Positions 1 to 10,488 of a stretch of DNA of 64,000 bases are shown here, piece by piece. The number at the start of each line of letters is the position of its first letter. The first letter of the stretch is position 1. The notes beneath the pieces are model-generated. The model saw only the letters and a list, made by a program, of their open reading frames with translations, ran no database searches and was not told the origin of the DNA. Origin of the DNA: an uncultured virus (IMG/VR IMGVR_UViG_3300020047_007813) (lineage: Duplodnaviria > Heunggongvirae > Uroviricota > Caudoviricetes); the IMG/VR virus record IMGVR_UViG_3300020047_007813. One strand, given 5' to 3'. The position numbers and the translations under genes are program-made.

Positions 1-3000
1 GCATTTCTCTTGTTCTGTAGTAGGCATCACCACTTGTAAACGTGCCTGTTGCTGGCGTAACCACTTCTTGTGGGCTATAGCCATACGTTTGGTCCTGCGT
101 TTGTCCTGCATGATACTTTTGCCTCACGCCTTTTATTACGGCAGTCTTAACTTCATAGCACTCTCCGAACTCATAAAATACGTTATTCTCTACAGCATCT
201 TTCCTTGTGTAAATCTCAAATAACATCCCTTTCTCAAACACAATGGAGTCGTCTTTATATAAGTAAATGTCTGTTCCAATTACTTTTATAATCTCGAAGT
301 CTGTATAGTCAGGGTATAAATTACCCTTTGCATCTGATATAGGGCGCAGCCTATCGCCTGCCTGATAAGTAAACAGAGTAACCGCGTTGGGATGCTTATT
401 AATACCGTAGTAGCCTATATTGTCAAGATTTATCTTACACTGTGTTGCTCCTGTAGAATAAGGAAGCGCATACTCAGTACCATCGTCATTGTTATTTATA
501 TAAACAACGCTGTTAGCCAACCATTGAAGGTATGTCTGTACTTGTAAATTAGACGTTCTAACCCACTGCCATTTTACTGCCCAATCCGGTGGACGGCTTG
601 TTATGCTCCATGATAGTTTTGGGTAAAAACGATTTACTTGCAATCCTGTAGCCGGGTCTTTCTCGGTATAAAAAAGGATGTGCTTATTAAGGTCGCTATT
701 GGTTACTACTGCACACTTTCGGTCTGCCTCATCATAGTAAACAATCCCAAATATGCCATCCCAACCGCGCTTAAACGAGGATATGTATTGATAATCTGAT
801 AGTAATACTATTAAAAAACTAGAGAATGAGTATGGATTAGCGTAGTTATAGTCTGCAGCAAGTCCGCCTGATGTACCTATTAATATGTTGTAATTATTAA
901 TTGCCGTGACTATACTGAAAGTAGGATAACCGCTTCCTTGTATTGACACTACAACTGCAGCATCTCTTGTTCCTGCAGGCGTACTCGGAAAAGGAAGCCG
1001 ATCATAAGTTATAATTCTGAAAGTGCCTTGTAGTCCGGTTACGCCATACCCTCCATATTTATTAACTACTACAACCCCCGACTGAATACCCAATGATGTA
1101 ATAACCGTCCCTTCCAGGATCGTTCTGTTTTCATCGCTTATAACATCATTAGTATTTCTCCAAACAGTAACTACACCGCCCTCTGATCCTATTGCCGTAA
1201 CCGCCCATGGATTATTATAGTAATCTTTGTTTATGGTTAAGGATAGTGGAAGCATGCTAGTCTTAGCATCTATTGCTGATATACCAAAATTGTTTGTTGT
1301 ACCGTAAAAGTAAAATCCATTATGGTCGCACCGAGAAAATCTCATTCCCCAACTGCCTGTAGCAAACCAATGGTTTATATTGTATTGGTAGTTGTTTAAA
1401 AAAGGTATGTAATAAGATGCGGCTACGGGTGCTCCACTTTGAGTAACGCTCATCAGCGCATTATCAATTCTTGTATCAGCAATCATCTCGTCATAAGTTG
1501 AAGTAGATGTTATACCTGATATATCATGGTCTGTAATATATCCGCACTCAACGATAGACTTCGTATCTGCCAACTCAGGTTTTGCCAAATCAGCAATCAC
1601 ACTAGCTCCCACAACTACAACATTATTCGAGTCTGCAGTAGACGGACCAACAACTATAGTAGCCTCGAAACCCTCAAAACCGCACACTTCTAAAACCTGT
1701 GACGATGTAGACTGATAATCTTTTGTGCCATTGTTTAAAAGAGCGTCATTTATCAGGTGAGAGGCTATTCTTATTACATACGTTCCTGCCGGAACGTTAT
1801 TTATCTCCCATACGTTATACAACTTTGTTGCATATTGGTTGCCCGGGTCTCTGCCAACGAGCTTGCCATTTTGGTCAGTATAGCCTATACCATTCTCAAA
1901 AGGATTGTAGCATGGAAAGTATGGAAGGTCAGCGCTTGGCGCTGGCGACAACTTATCCCTTAACTCATTCCTTTCGTTTAATGTGCTCGCATTTAAGAAA
2001 GGAAAATCATTTATAAATCTTGTGCCGGAAGCATAAGTAGCCTCAACCTGTTTAGATGTAGCCTTATACTCGGTTCCTGCCAAATAAAATGTAAACCCAC
2101 CAGTAGGTATTCTTTGCGGAAATTTGTCAGGACCTATTGCGTTAGGATTTATAATGTCATGTACATAAAAATCTCCATCCTGATTAGGATTTAACGCATT
2201 CTCTATAAACTTAGATATGCCGCCAAAGGCTATGTTATTTGCGCTATTTGTAAGGCTATATATGCATTGATTATATTGAAAATATTTTTTAGCGTCTATA
2301 GGTCCTGGGTCATCCGGGACAAGTGGAGAGTTTACAAGGTCAAATAAATTATAAATAAACGCAACCCCTTTTATCGTATAAGAATTAGGAGCTACTTGTG
2401 GCGTGTACTCAATGTCAATAGTTGCATTTAAGTTGGGCTTATCATACCCTTCTACTATTCCACCATCAAACAATCTGTCATCAACTACTACCAAGGACTT
2501 TGCTTTCAACGGAACGCTGTCGTAAGGCTTTACCGACTTTGCCAAATCTATAGCTTGGTAGCTGCCGTCATTATAAAACTTAAACACTTGTTGCCCCTGC
2601 CCTGCAAACTGATACGGCTTCAAAGTATCGGCTATGCGCCATATCCCTGTAGTATGCTCTCTGACCAATATGTCAACGCTTCTTATGATGCTAACCAATG
2701 ATGCATCAGATAGTCTCGGGTCGGTAAAATCTACTTCAATTACATTTTGAAGCGAGCTGCCAAAATTATCTCCTGTCTGCATTAGGGCAGGAATGGTAGA
2801 TATAGCGCCCAATATACTCTCGCTGTAGTCATAATAATTATATCGCGTTCGGAATTGAAACACCTTCCCCGCAACCAGGTTAGCTTTTCTAAGAGTGTCA
2901 ATTGCTAAGGTAGCAACCGGCTCAAACAAAGATGGGTACCGCACTCTGTCTATCAGATCGCGCTTGAATAACGAGTAGCTATATGGAAGTACAATATCTT

Positions 3001-3817
3001 TGTCTGCATAAAAGTTCTCGGGAGCTACTAATGAAACTCGAACAACGCCAGCTCCTGCATCTTCAGATAAGTCAAAATAGAAATCGCCAACTTTTGACAT
3101 CTCTATCTCAACGTAATCCGAGTGCACGTTAATGTGATATTGCGTTATTGCCGTTTGACTTGCTGAATAGAAAGTCATAAACGCTGCAACTCTATCAGAA
3201 TATGATGTAGCTGCTGTTGTCCATGTAAGCGTATTTAATGCTGTTGCATTGCCTGCCTCATACAGTTTTAAGGTATATGTTGTGGAAACGGCAAAATTTA
3301 CCCGGTTAAAGTACACGTTAAACTTCAATCGCTTTCTTGTGATATTGGCTCTGGCCATATCAATCATTTTAGGGCGATCATTCGGCTGATTCCAATATAG
3401 TTTCTCATCTACAATGGCTATGCCTGTGATAAGATTATACGGGTCGTCATCAAAATTTAAAAAGTTCTCGTTGTCAAAAGTATAGTCATCAGGATGTTTA
3501 ACCTCTACTATTTTTTGAATTTCCCCAAGCGTATAGCCTTCCTGATTAATAAAATAACGATAAATACCATGATAGCCAAGGCTGTTGTAGTTAAAAAAAA
3601 CGCCTGAATTATTGGTCAAATCCTCCAAGTATCCAACACACTTGTTTGCACCGGTAGCAGGAAGGTATGCATTAGGTATTAACTTGTTTTGAGGCACGTT
3701 ATCAATCTGACCATCATTGCCGTTGATACCATTCAATAGTTTATAGTACCCGTTTATCAGGCGCTGCTCACTATCCTGGTCCATACCTAAACCCTTGAAA
3801 AATATCTCTTGCTCCAT
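1..3817 (-). CDS. crAss-like tail stabilisation/muzzle protein (P22 gp10-like), truncated by window edge
   Basis: Not in the ORF track because it runs off the edge. ATG at 3817 gives MEQEIFFKGLGMDQDSEQRL..., then LNFDDDPYNLITGIAIVDEKLYWNQPNDRPKMID, and ...GDAYYRTREM in the same frame at position 2. Frame spot-checked only. Lies after the ring-protein genes. Confidence 0.7.
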   Translation of the reverse strand, partial: MEQEIFFKGLGMDQDSEQRLINGYYKLLNGINGNDGQIDNVPQNKLIPNAYLPATGANKCVGYLEDLTNNSGVFFNYNSLGYHGIYRYFINQEGYTLGEIQKIVEVKHPDDYTFDNENFLNFDDDPYNLITGIAIVDEKLYWNQPNDRPKMIDMARANITRKRLKFNVYFNRVNFAVSTTYTLKLYEAGNATALNTLTWTTAATSYSDRVAAFMTFYSASQTAITQYHINVHSDYVEIEMSKVGDFYFDLSEDAGAGVVRVSLVAPENFYADKDIVLPYSYSLFKRDLIDRVRYPSLFEPVATLAIDTLRKANLVAGKVFQFRTRYNYYDYSESILGAISTIPALMQTGDNFGSSLQNVIEVDFTDPRLSDASLVSIIRSVDILVREHTTGIWRIADTLKPYQFAGQGQQVFKFYNDGSYQAIDLAKSVKPYDSVPLKAKSLVVVDDRLFDGGIVEGYDKPNLNATIDIEYTPQVAPNSYTIKGVAFIYNLFDLVNSPLVPDDPGPIDAKKYFQYNQCIYSLTNSANNIAFGGISKFIENALNPNQDGDFYVHDIINPNAIGPDKFPQRIPTGGFTFYLAGTEYKATSKQVEATYASGTRFINDFPFLNASTLNERNELRDKLSPAPSADLPYFPCYNPFENGIGYTDQNGKLVGRDPGNQYATKLYNVWEINNVPAGTYVIRIASHLINDALLNNGTKDYQSTSSQVLEVCGFEGFEATIVVGPSTADSNNVVVVGASVIADLAKPELADTKSIVECGYITDHDISGITSTSTYDEMIADTRIDNALMSVTQSGAPVAASYYIPFLNNYQYNINHWFATGSWGMRFSRCDHNGFYFYGTTNNFGISAIDAKTSMLPLSLTINKDYYNNPWAVTAIGSEGGVVTVWRNTNDVISDENRTILEGTVITSLGIQSGVVVVNKYGGYGVTGLQGTFRIITYDRLPFPSTPAGTRDAAVVVSIQGSGYPTFSIVTAINNYNILIGTSGGLAADYNYANPYSFSSFLIVLLSDYQYISSFKRGWDGIFGIVYYDEADRKCAVVTNSDLNKHILFYTEKDPATGLQVNRFYPKLSWSITSRPPDWAVKWQWVRTSNLQVQTYLQWLANSVVYINNNDDGTEYALPYSTGATQCKINLDNIGYYGINKHPNAVTLFTYQAGDRLRPISDAKGNLYPDYTDFEIIKVIGTDIYLYKDDSIVFEKGMLFEIYTRKDAVENNVFYEFGECYEVKTAVIKGVRQKYHAGQTQDQTYGYSPQEVVTPATGTFTSGDAYYRTREM

Positions 3818-4588
3818 TTATCGTTTTACGCTTGATGATGTTGTTGACCACGATGCATCTAAATACTCCTCAACTGTTGGAGTCAATAAAATCTCTTTGT
3901 ATTTCTGAAATGATGCATTGAAGCGACCATAGGCATTATACTTTTCGTTCAAACTAACGCTATTGTCATACTCCACCATTTGCCAATGAATGAAATTGCG
4001 TATAGTATCTGCAATAATTGTAGGTATTAAGGTGCCGCCATTAACCGAGCTTGCATCACTGGCATACTCCAATATAATTTCCACTCTCGGAACTTCCCGG
4101 CTAAATTGTATCAGGTTTAAATCAGTATTGATTTTAAAATAACCCATGTCATTAAATCCACCGCCAACGCCATACATCTCTCCAACAAATTGTCCGTTAC
4201 GGTAATGTGGCGCATAGTAATAACCTCCATTGTATCTACCGGCTATATCCTCAACGCTGCATGCCTCAGCAGCTTGCAAAGCTGACGAATACGGGTTACC
4301 GCAGTCATCATATCTGTCCTCAACAACTATGTCCTTATTAACTGATAGCGTAATTATCTGACCTCCTACATTTATTCCTACCTTAGTGTAATATGCAAAG
4401 TCTTTAGGTAGCACCGCATTCATAACGGCATTGGGTGTCAGGTAAGCCACCGCTACGTTATTATTGGCTCGTAGTTTAAGCTCACGATATCCCATAATAG
4501 CATACTGCAGGTATTTTTGCTGACGATGTGTTGTATAGTCATCCAAATCCATCTGAACGAGCGATACGCAGTAGTTTAAGTTTTTCAT
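3818..4588 (-). CDS. crAss-like tail ring/tubular structural protein
   Basis: 256 aa; LPKDFAYYTKVG and IILEYASD motifs; position in the tail operon. Confidence 0.6.
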   Translation of the reverse strand: MKNLNYCVSLVQMDLDDYTTHRQQKYLQYAIMGYRELKLRANNNVAVAYLTPNAVMNAVLPKDFAYYTKVGINVGGQIITLSVNKDIVVEDRYDDCGNPYSSALQAAEACSVEDIAGRYNGGYYYAPHYRNGQFVGEMYGVGGGFNDMGYFKINTDLNLIQFSREVPRVEIILEYASDASSVNGGTLIPTIIADTIRNFIHWQMVEYDNSVSLNEKYNAYGRFNASFQKYKEILLTPTVEEYLDASWSTTSSSVKR

Positions 4589-5211
4589 GGCGTATTAGGG
4601 TTTTGGTCGTTAGACTTTTTGTTATGGTACGTTACTTGCCCTTTGCTCAAATCAAGAATTAAATCAACCATGGTTTTCTCTAACGTTCCCGGAACATTGA
4701 TAGGGTCGTTTGGTTTTAGTCCTGATGGGTCAGGAATAAGCGTAACCATTAAAGGTGCGCCTATCATGGTACTTGGCATGTCAGGATAGTAAACCTTATT
4801 GCCTTCAAGGTAACAAGCATATATTCCAAATCCTACATCGGCAGCTTCCAACTCTTTAAACACTGCAAACTGACCTTTTTTTGTGATTATATGTTGTGTT
4901 GATTCGTCAACAAGTGCGCTTATTGAGTATAGCCCCTCATCATTTGGAATATTAATAACCGGGCATGGCAAGTCGAAGAAACATTTTTTGCGCTTATCAT
5001 CCCACTTAATCGCAACATCCTCGTAGGACTTTATCCATGCGCCATCAGCTCCCGGCTTTTTACGTGATTTTATCTCTGCGTTAATAAGGCTTGTTACGGC
5101 CATATCAATGTATTTGTAAAATTCTCGCCTGTCGTACTTCTGCATGCTGTTAGGCGCTCCCCCTGAAAGGTTTATAATGCATAAGTCCGCAAGCTCTTGT
5201 TTCGTTATCAT
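4585..5211 (-). CDS. crAss-like tail ring structural protein
   Basis: 208 aa; stop/start overlaps with neighbours; FFDLPCPVINIP; tail operon. Confidence 0.5.
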   Translation of the reverse strand: MITKQELADLCIINLSGGAPNSMQKYDRREFYKYIDMAVTSLINAEIKSRKKPGADGAWIKSYEDVAIKWDDKRKKCFFDLPCPVINIPNDEGLYSISALVDESTQHIITKKGQFAVFKELEAADVGFGIYACYLEGNKVYYPDMPSTMIGAPLMVTLIPDPSGLKPNDPINVPGTLEKTMVDLILDLSKGQVTYHNKKSNDQNPNTP

Positions 5212-6041
5212 TTACCTTGAATATTTAATTTGTCGCCAACTTGTACTAAATCGGATTCTCTAACGCTTATGCCAAGTCTTGACAACAACAATCCCATTAA
5301 TGGAATAAACAACGTTGCAGGAAGCTCGATGTCTTGACTGCCAACCGGATTGTATGTCGCAAGGAACGTTGTGCTATTAAACGTATAGTTCCACTTTGCT
5401 GTTTTTGGGTATCTTATATAGGTAAAAATTGCACTGGCTATATTCTTTGGAGCAAACTCAATCTCCATGTTATTCAGCCTGCATATTGGGTATTCCAAAG
5501 ATGGTTTTCTGACGGCATTGGTGCGCATCATATTAAATGTGGCATCATCGCATATAGTTACCGGCACCTGACTTGTATAAAATAATGCTGCATTTTTAAT
5601 CGCAAGCATTTTTAATTCTGCCACGCTCATTGGTATTGTGTCGCACCCGCATAGCTCTACGCTCATGTGCCCGCACTTTTTTTTGCTTGCAGCTTTGTAT
5701 TGCGCCTTTAATTCAGCATCCTCATAAATTGAGAACAAGGATGATGGATATAGATAATCAGTTGGCAGTTGAGCAATCCCATAACCGTTAACCGATATCC
5801 CTACGTCCGCCATCTTTAGCGATGATAGTTCTCCGGTTATTACCTGCGTAAGCTCATACGCCATTGCAGGTGCCGATTGTCCGGGCCGATACTGCTCGGA
5901 CAACCCTAGCCTACTCCTGACAATATCAACCACGCACGATGGAAGCTGGCGATTGAACGCATCAGGTCCATATTCCGCGCCTGTCTGATATTTGTTTGCC
6001 AGGTCGTCAAAGGATTGCTTAAAACTGTCAACTGAAATCAT
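5208..6041 (-). CDS. crAss-like tail ring/head-tail connector protein
   Basis: 277 aa; LANKYQTG, LPTDYLY, YIRYPK, DIELP motifs resemble crAss ring proteins. Confidence 0.55.
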   Translation of the reverse strand: MISVDSFKQSFDDLANKYQTGAEYGPDAFNRQLPSCVVDIVRSRLGLSEQYRPGQSAPAMAYELTQVITGELSSLKMADVGISVNGYGIAQLPTDYLYPSSLFSIYEDAELKAQYKAASKKKCGHMSVELCGCDTIPMSVAELKMLAIKNAALFYTSQVPVTICDDATFNMMRTNAVRKPSLEYPICRLNNMEIEFAPKNIASAIFTYIRYPKTAKWNYTFNSTTFLATYNPVGSQDIELPATLFIPLMGLLLSRLGISVRESDLVQVGDKLNIQGK

Positions 6042-6307
6042 TATCTCATAGTTACTTTATGCGCAGCTTCCGCTGCAGCAATTTCTTCCGGTGTTAATAC
6101 AACTCTTTCAAAAGTGTCGTCATGCAACTTCGGATCACTTTCTGAACCCGGACCTAAATCCATTTCTTCTGTAGGCGCTGGTACTGCCTCGTCAGACGGG
6201 CCACTTGGTTCCGTCTCGGGAATAAGCTCAGCCGTTTCGTCAACGATTGGCTCTTTAGGTGTTTCTACCGCCTTTGGCGCTACATCTGTTTTTTTTTGTT
6301 CTTTCAT
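6041..6307 (-). CDS. acidic low-complexity hypothetical protein
   Basis: 88 aa, rich in E and P, inside the operon. Confidence 0.5.
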   Translation of the reverse strand: MKEQKKTDVAPKAVETPKEPIVDETAELIPETEPSGPSDEAVPAPTEEMDLGPGSESDPKLHDDTFERVVLTPEEIAAAEAAHKVTMR

Positions 6308-6324
6308 TTTATTTATATTTAAAG

Positions 6325-7842
6325 TTAATCTCCTATGTCAATTAAGATATCGTCAAAGCTCAGCTTAGTTGTATCTACTGCTATACATGTACCCATTGCC
6401 CAAAACTGCAAATTTCCACCACTTCCTCTAACCTCCATTACCGCCCAAAGGTCTTGCGTATGGTCATATATAGGGTATCTCTTTTGTTTAGTTGTGGTAA
6501 CACCGTTTATGGTAAACATTAGCACATCTGTTACAGCTACCGATGCAGGGCCGCTTAGTTGACCTCTCAAAAGTATTCTTGGCAGTGCCGGGAAAACTAT
6601 ATCCCATACATAATCTCCAAGCTGAACAAACCCAAATATGTTAGGAGCTACCCCATCTGAAAACCCTGCACCTAAAGAAACCGCTGACACTCCATTCCAA
6701 CCGCCTAACGATGCGCTAAAGTCTAGAACAATAGTATCTGAAACTGTTGAAAAGGTTAAATTGGGAGCCGTAGACGATATGCTTTTAAACTCTTGCGTAA
6801 TACCATTAAGCCCCTTGTAAATACTCTCTCCTGTGCCTACATTACCAATGGCTTGCCCAAGGCTTTGCGATGACCTTGACACCTCCATAAATACGCTTGC
6901 GCCAATAGTGTCATTGTAGCCATATTGTAGCATTAAAACTTTTGTTTCACTATCTATTTCAAATGGCTGATCAGATGACAAGTAAATGTTTTTAAAGGCA
7001 ACAGGATAAGTTGTAACCGGTGCGCTTTCAACAGTTATTGCTGCAAGTTTGCTTTTTATGTATAACACATCCCCGGCAACAAATCCATTAGTTGATAAAA
7101 AAACTAACGTGTCTGTATCGTCAGGACTACTTAAAAACACTAGTTGAGACGAAGACAACCTTTCTGCGTCTGCCGACCCATCTAGTATGCTCACCGATAC
7201 TTCCGGTATTCCAACTTGCATACCTCTTGCCACTATATGCTTTGTTATCTCAATAGCATTTGTTAGCGCATTTGTTGGAGCAGCAAGAGTATTGGTGACA
7301 CCACTTGAATTATAATCTGCATTTAAGTAGTATCTCCTGCCTATCAGCTCGTCATACACTGCTGTTGTTGTAGCGCCTCCGGCAAAGTCCGTATCGGTAG
7401 CCGTGTTACCGCCAGTAACTGAAACAGCAATAACATATCCGTTGACTATAGAGCCAACATCTACAGGAGACTGCAAGTAAATGGTATCTCCTACATTATA
7501 GGCCGAATATTTATATCCACTACCTGGTGTGTATGCATTTATAGCAGCCGCCAATCCTGCGGCCTCTGTAGTTTCATTGGTAGTTGCAACGCTATATGGA
7601 CTTGCCAATATGCTTACTCCATTTACGGTTATAGCAATAGTTCCTGCTCCTGCAGCATTTGTAATTCTTACCACTCCTGTAGCTGACTTATTAGCTGATA
7701 TAGGCGCGTCAATAACAGCTATGTTTTTCATAGACCGTTCGCCATCTGCGTCATTTTTAGAAATGGCCAATATCTTCAACGTAGTATTCTCTACCTGATA
7801 GATATATCCGTAACCATTCCCAATATCTGATATGCTTGCCAT
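6325..7842 (-). CDS. virion structural protein (beta-rich, fibre/hub-like)
   Basis: 505 aa rich in G/T/S/A; NVGTGESIYKG..EFKSI fibre-type motif. Confidence 0.5.
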   Translation of the reverse strand: MASISDIGNGYGYIYQVENTTLKILAISKNDADGERSMKNIAVIDAPISANKSATGVVRITNAAGAGTIAITVNGVSILASPYSVATTNETTEAAGLAAAINAYTPGSGYKYSAYNVGDTIYLQSPVDVGSIVNGYVIAVSVTGGNTATDTDFAGGATTTAVYDELIGRRYYLNADYNSSGVTNTLAAPTNALTNAIEITKHIVARGMQVGIPEVSVSILDGSADAERLSSSQLVFLSSPDDTDTLVFLSTNGFVAGDVLYIKSKLAAITVESAPVTTYPVAFKNIYLSSDQPFEIDSETKVLMLQYGYNDTIGASVFMEVSRSSQSLGQAIGNVGTGESIYKGLNGITQEFKSISSTAPNLTFSTVSDTIVLDFSASLGGWNGVSAVSLGAGFSDGVAPNIFGFVQLGDYVWDIVFPALPRILLRGQLSGPASVAVTDVLMFTINGVTTTKQKRYPIYDHTQDLWAVMEVRGSGGNLQFWAMGTCIAVDTTKLSFDDILIDIGD

Positions 7843-10406
7843 TATGCTTGGATTGAAATTTGTAAGTATAAATCGGGCTTGTCTACAATATCATTAAAGG
7901 TCAATGGTGTTCCATCAACCGGGTTGTACAACCGTACTGTAAACGACATATATCCGTCAACAAAGTTGTATATCTCTGCCTCCACATCCTTTACGGCTGT
8001 TGGGTTAGCTATTAATGCAGGGTCGGTATAGCGCATAATGTTTGCTTGGGCCGTAAACGGAACATTGCTTGGCAACGTATCATAGAAGTCGCTAATACCA
8101 ATTACAATAACATCAGTCAATACATTTGGCACATTTTGACCAAGCCCTATTGTGGGCACCTGCATACCTCCTCCAAACTCGCTGAATATTAAAGAGTATA
8201 AGTATTCGGCTTGTCCTATTGGTGTTGGCTGAACTGGATTTCTATATATCTTTAGTTGCCCCAAATATCTTATCTGACCAGCAACAGGCGTAACATTTAC
8301 CGTAAACGTAATAACGCCCGATACCGTTGATGTAGCTACCGTACACCCGGTACCCTGAACTACATTGTACTCTTTTATTCCGTCAATAATATTCTGTATT
8401 GCAGAAGATACTTGAACATGATAGGTAACTTCTGTTCCAACAGTGTCTGACGTTACAGTGATGCTACCATCAGGGCTATCAACAACAAAAGTCATTCCCG
8501 TAGATGCCTCTATAGGTATTATGCTTGTTGGGCTGTCTCCGCAATCGTCACAATCCCCTGAGCACCCTACCGCTTCTTTCAATATAGCCAACTTGTTTGC
8601 CGCGTCCGTTTCATTTCCACAATAATTCGCTACCAAAAATCCCAACAAAGCTAACTCAGCAGGCTTTATAGTTATTTCGTACATGCGAGCTGCACCTGCA
8701 GGATTGGTTAATACCAAACGGTTATAGGCTTCAAATTTCTTATCCATACAGCACTTAACCTTACAAATGTCTGTACTGCATACAACATCAATCTCATCGC
8801 TGCCTGTCAATAATATTCTTACCTCAAAATCAATAGTAAAAACAAAGTCAACGGTTGATTTTACTTCTTGCGTCCAAGTTTTTGTGCAAATATTACTGTA
8901 AACAAGCAACGGAATAGAGCTTGTTAAAATGCTTTTCCCTGATGCTGGTGGAGGATATAGCGTGTGTTCCCTGGATATAGAGTAGGCATATATTCCATAG
9001 TCTGTTATATCCCTTGATGCCAATTGACTTGTACTGCACTTTAATTCATGCGATAAACATATCTGCGGAAAAGTGTAATCAAAAACATATTCAGCTTGAT
9101 ACGTTTCCGTGTAAACGCGATCCGTTTCATACAATGCTGTATATACAAACGAGTACTTTCCAGACTTTAATGTGCCATCTGAATTAAGCGGCAACGTTAT
9201 AGGAATAGTATTGTTGGGCGATATTAGTCCGAACACATCAGGCGTACCACTACTAACAGGGTTTGCATAAATTGTTTGCGTATTTATGCCATCGAAAAAC
9301 TGCAGCGACACTATATATCCCTCGGCAGATGTGGCACCTAATCCAACGTAGTCGGTTTTGTCTACTAACTTGACAAGTGTAGCAACTTTATCAAGTATTA
9401 TTTTTGCTGTTACTGACATGGTGCTTGTATTTTGTTGCGAAAATAATAAATTAAATTGTGGAATATACGCATTATAAGAAATAATACTATCGTCATGCAT
9501 CTCCATGTATCTGTATCCGGCAACATGAGCCGCTTGCATTGCTGCGTTTAAATCAGCATAAGGAGCTGTGCCGTCTCCAAACTCTTTTTCACTTAACTGT
9601 CCTGCTGTATATAGCCCTGCAGCTTCTGCTTGTGTTGTTACAGTCGCTGACACAAAGTTTGATTTAACTGCTGTGTACATGCCATAAACACGGGTTCCGT
9701 ATATAGCCAAATCGTCTATGGCGTTTTGGTTCATGTCAGTCCAGCCTGTAATTGCAGGAAACGGGGGTGTAGTTCCGTAATTGGTCATTGAAAACGCTAA
9801 GTCCTTGCCTGCAAATTGAGTTGCAAACAATGTATTGAACGTTTGTTGTGTAGATAGTATTAATGCCTCCGTATAAGGAACTGGGGCTGTTGCCCAAATC
9901 GCTACAGCATCACTGCTTGTATATGGGGCACGATATTCGCTTTTTTGTGCACAAATCCTGAACTCGTCTGTTTTTCGGTTTATTCCGGTTATTGCAACGT
10001 GACTTAGGCAATTCCAAACTGTTGGGTTAGATTGCAAGTGCGAGCTTAATGCTGTCACAAACGTAGTCCATGCTGTTATGTAATTGGCTTCCCAAAATAC
10101 AGGTTGATCTATTGTAACTAATACGTTATCGTCACCTACAAACTCGCTAAATGTTAGTTTGGTTACAGGTAAAGCGTAAACCCAATTTGGTGTTTTGTCA
10201 CCTGCTGCTACTTTTATTCCAAACTGCTTCCCGTTGGCTATTATATTGGCTATGTCGGCATCTAAATCTGTCCAATCATAAACTCCGCTACTTGGGTTTA
10301 AATTATTCCAATACCTGCAAATGGTTATACAGACGGCATTAGATGTATATACAGACAATGGAACATTGCCTGTCCATTTATCTACGATATGTATTTTTTG
10401 TTGCAT
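7842..10406 (-). CDS. structural protein with N-terminal glycoside-hydrolase-like (GH-A/GH42-like TIM barrel) domain
   Basis: WNNLNPSSGVYDWTDLD...GKQFGIKVAAGDKTPNW in the first ~325 aa; the remainder is beta-rich with a Cys cluster (CGN...CSGDCDDCGD). Confidence 0.5.
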   Translation of the reverse strand: MQQKIHIVDKWTGNVPLSVYTSNAVCITICRYWNNLNPSSGVYDWTDLDADIANIIANGKQFGIKVAAGDKTPNWVYALPVTKLTFSEFVGDDNVLVTIDQPVFWEANYITAWTTFVTALSSHLQSNPTVWNCLSHVAITGINRKTDEFRICAQKSEYRAPYTSSDAVAIWATAPVPYTEALILSTQQTFNTLFATQFAGKDLAFSMTNYGTTPPFPAITGWTDMNQNAIDDLAIYGTRVYGMYTAVKSNFVSATVTTQAEAAGLYTAGQLSEKEFGDGTAPYADLNAAMQAAHVAGYRYMEMHDDSIISYNAYIPQFNLLFSQQNTSTMSVTAKIILDKVATLVKLVDKTDYVGLGATSAEGYIVSLQFFDGINTQTIYANPVSSGTPDVFGLISPNNTIPITLPLNSDGTLKSGKYSFVYTALYETDRVYTETYQAEYVFDYTFPQICLSHELKCSTSQLASRDITDYGIYAYSISREHTLYPPPASGKSILTSSIPLLVYSNICTKTWTQEVKSTVDFVFTIDFEVRILLTGSDEIDVVCSTDICKVKCCMDKKFEAYNRLVLTNPAGAARMYEITIKPAELALLGFLVANYCGNETDAANKLAILKEAVGCSGDCDDCGDSPTSIIPIEASTGMTFVVDSPDGSITVTSDTVGTEVTYHVQVSSAIQNIIDGIKEYNVVQGTGCTVATSTVSGVITFTVNVTPVAGQIRYLGQLKIYRNPVQPTPIGQAEYLYSLIFSEFGGGMQVPTIGLGQNVPNVLTDVIVIGISDFYDTLPSNVPFTAQANIMRYTDPALIANPTAVKDVEAEIYNFVDGYMSFTVRLYNPVDGTPLTFNDIVDKPDLYLQISIQA

Positions 10407-10415
10407 ATTTTTTTA

Positions 10416-10423
10416 CAAACATA
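10416..10423 (-). promoter_or_regulatory. Bacteroidota-type -7 promoter box (TATGTTTG)
   Basis: Matches TAnnTTTG just upstream of the 10406 start. Confidence 0.5.
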
Positions 10424-10425
10424 AC

Positions 10426-10463
10426 AAAAAAACGAAAGGCCGACACAAATTAATGTGCCGACC
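10426..10463 (-). terminator. intrinsic terminator
   Basis: GGTCGGCACA/TGTGTCGGCC stem followed by a T-rich tract on the minus strand. Confidence 0.55.
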
Positions 10464-10488
10464 TAACAAACGTAAACAACCCTCAATT

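Noticed and set aside
1723..2016. Plus-strand ORFs 1723-2016 and 1757-1963
   Set aside because: Antisense shadows of the long minus-strand tail gene 1-3817
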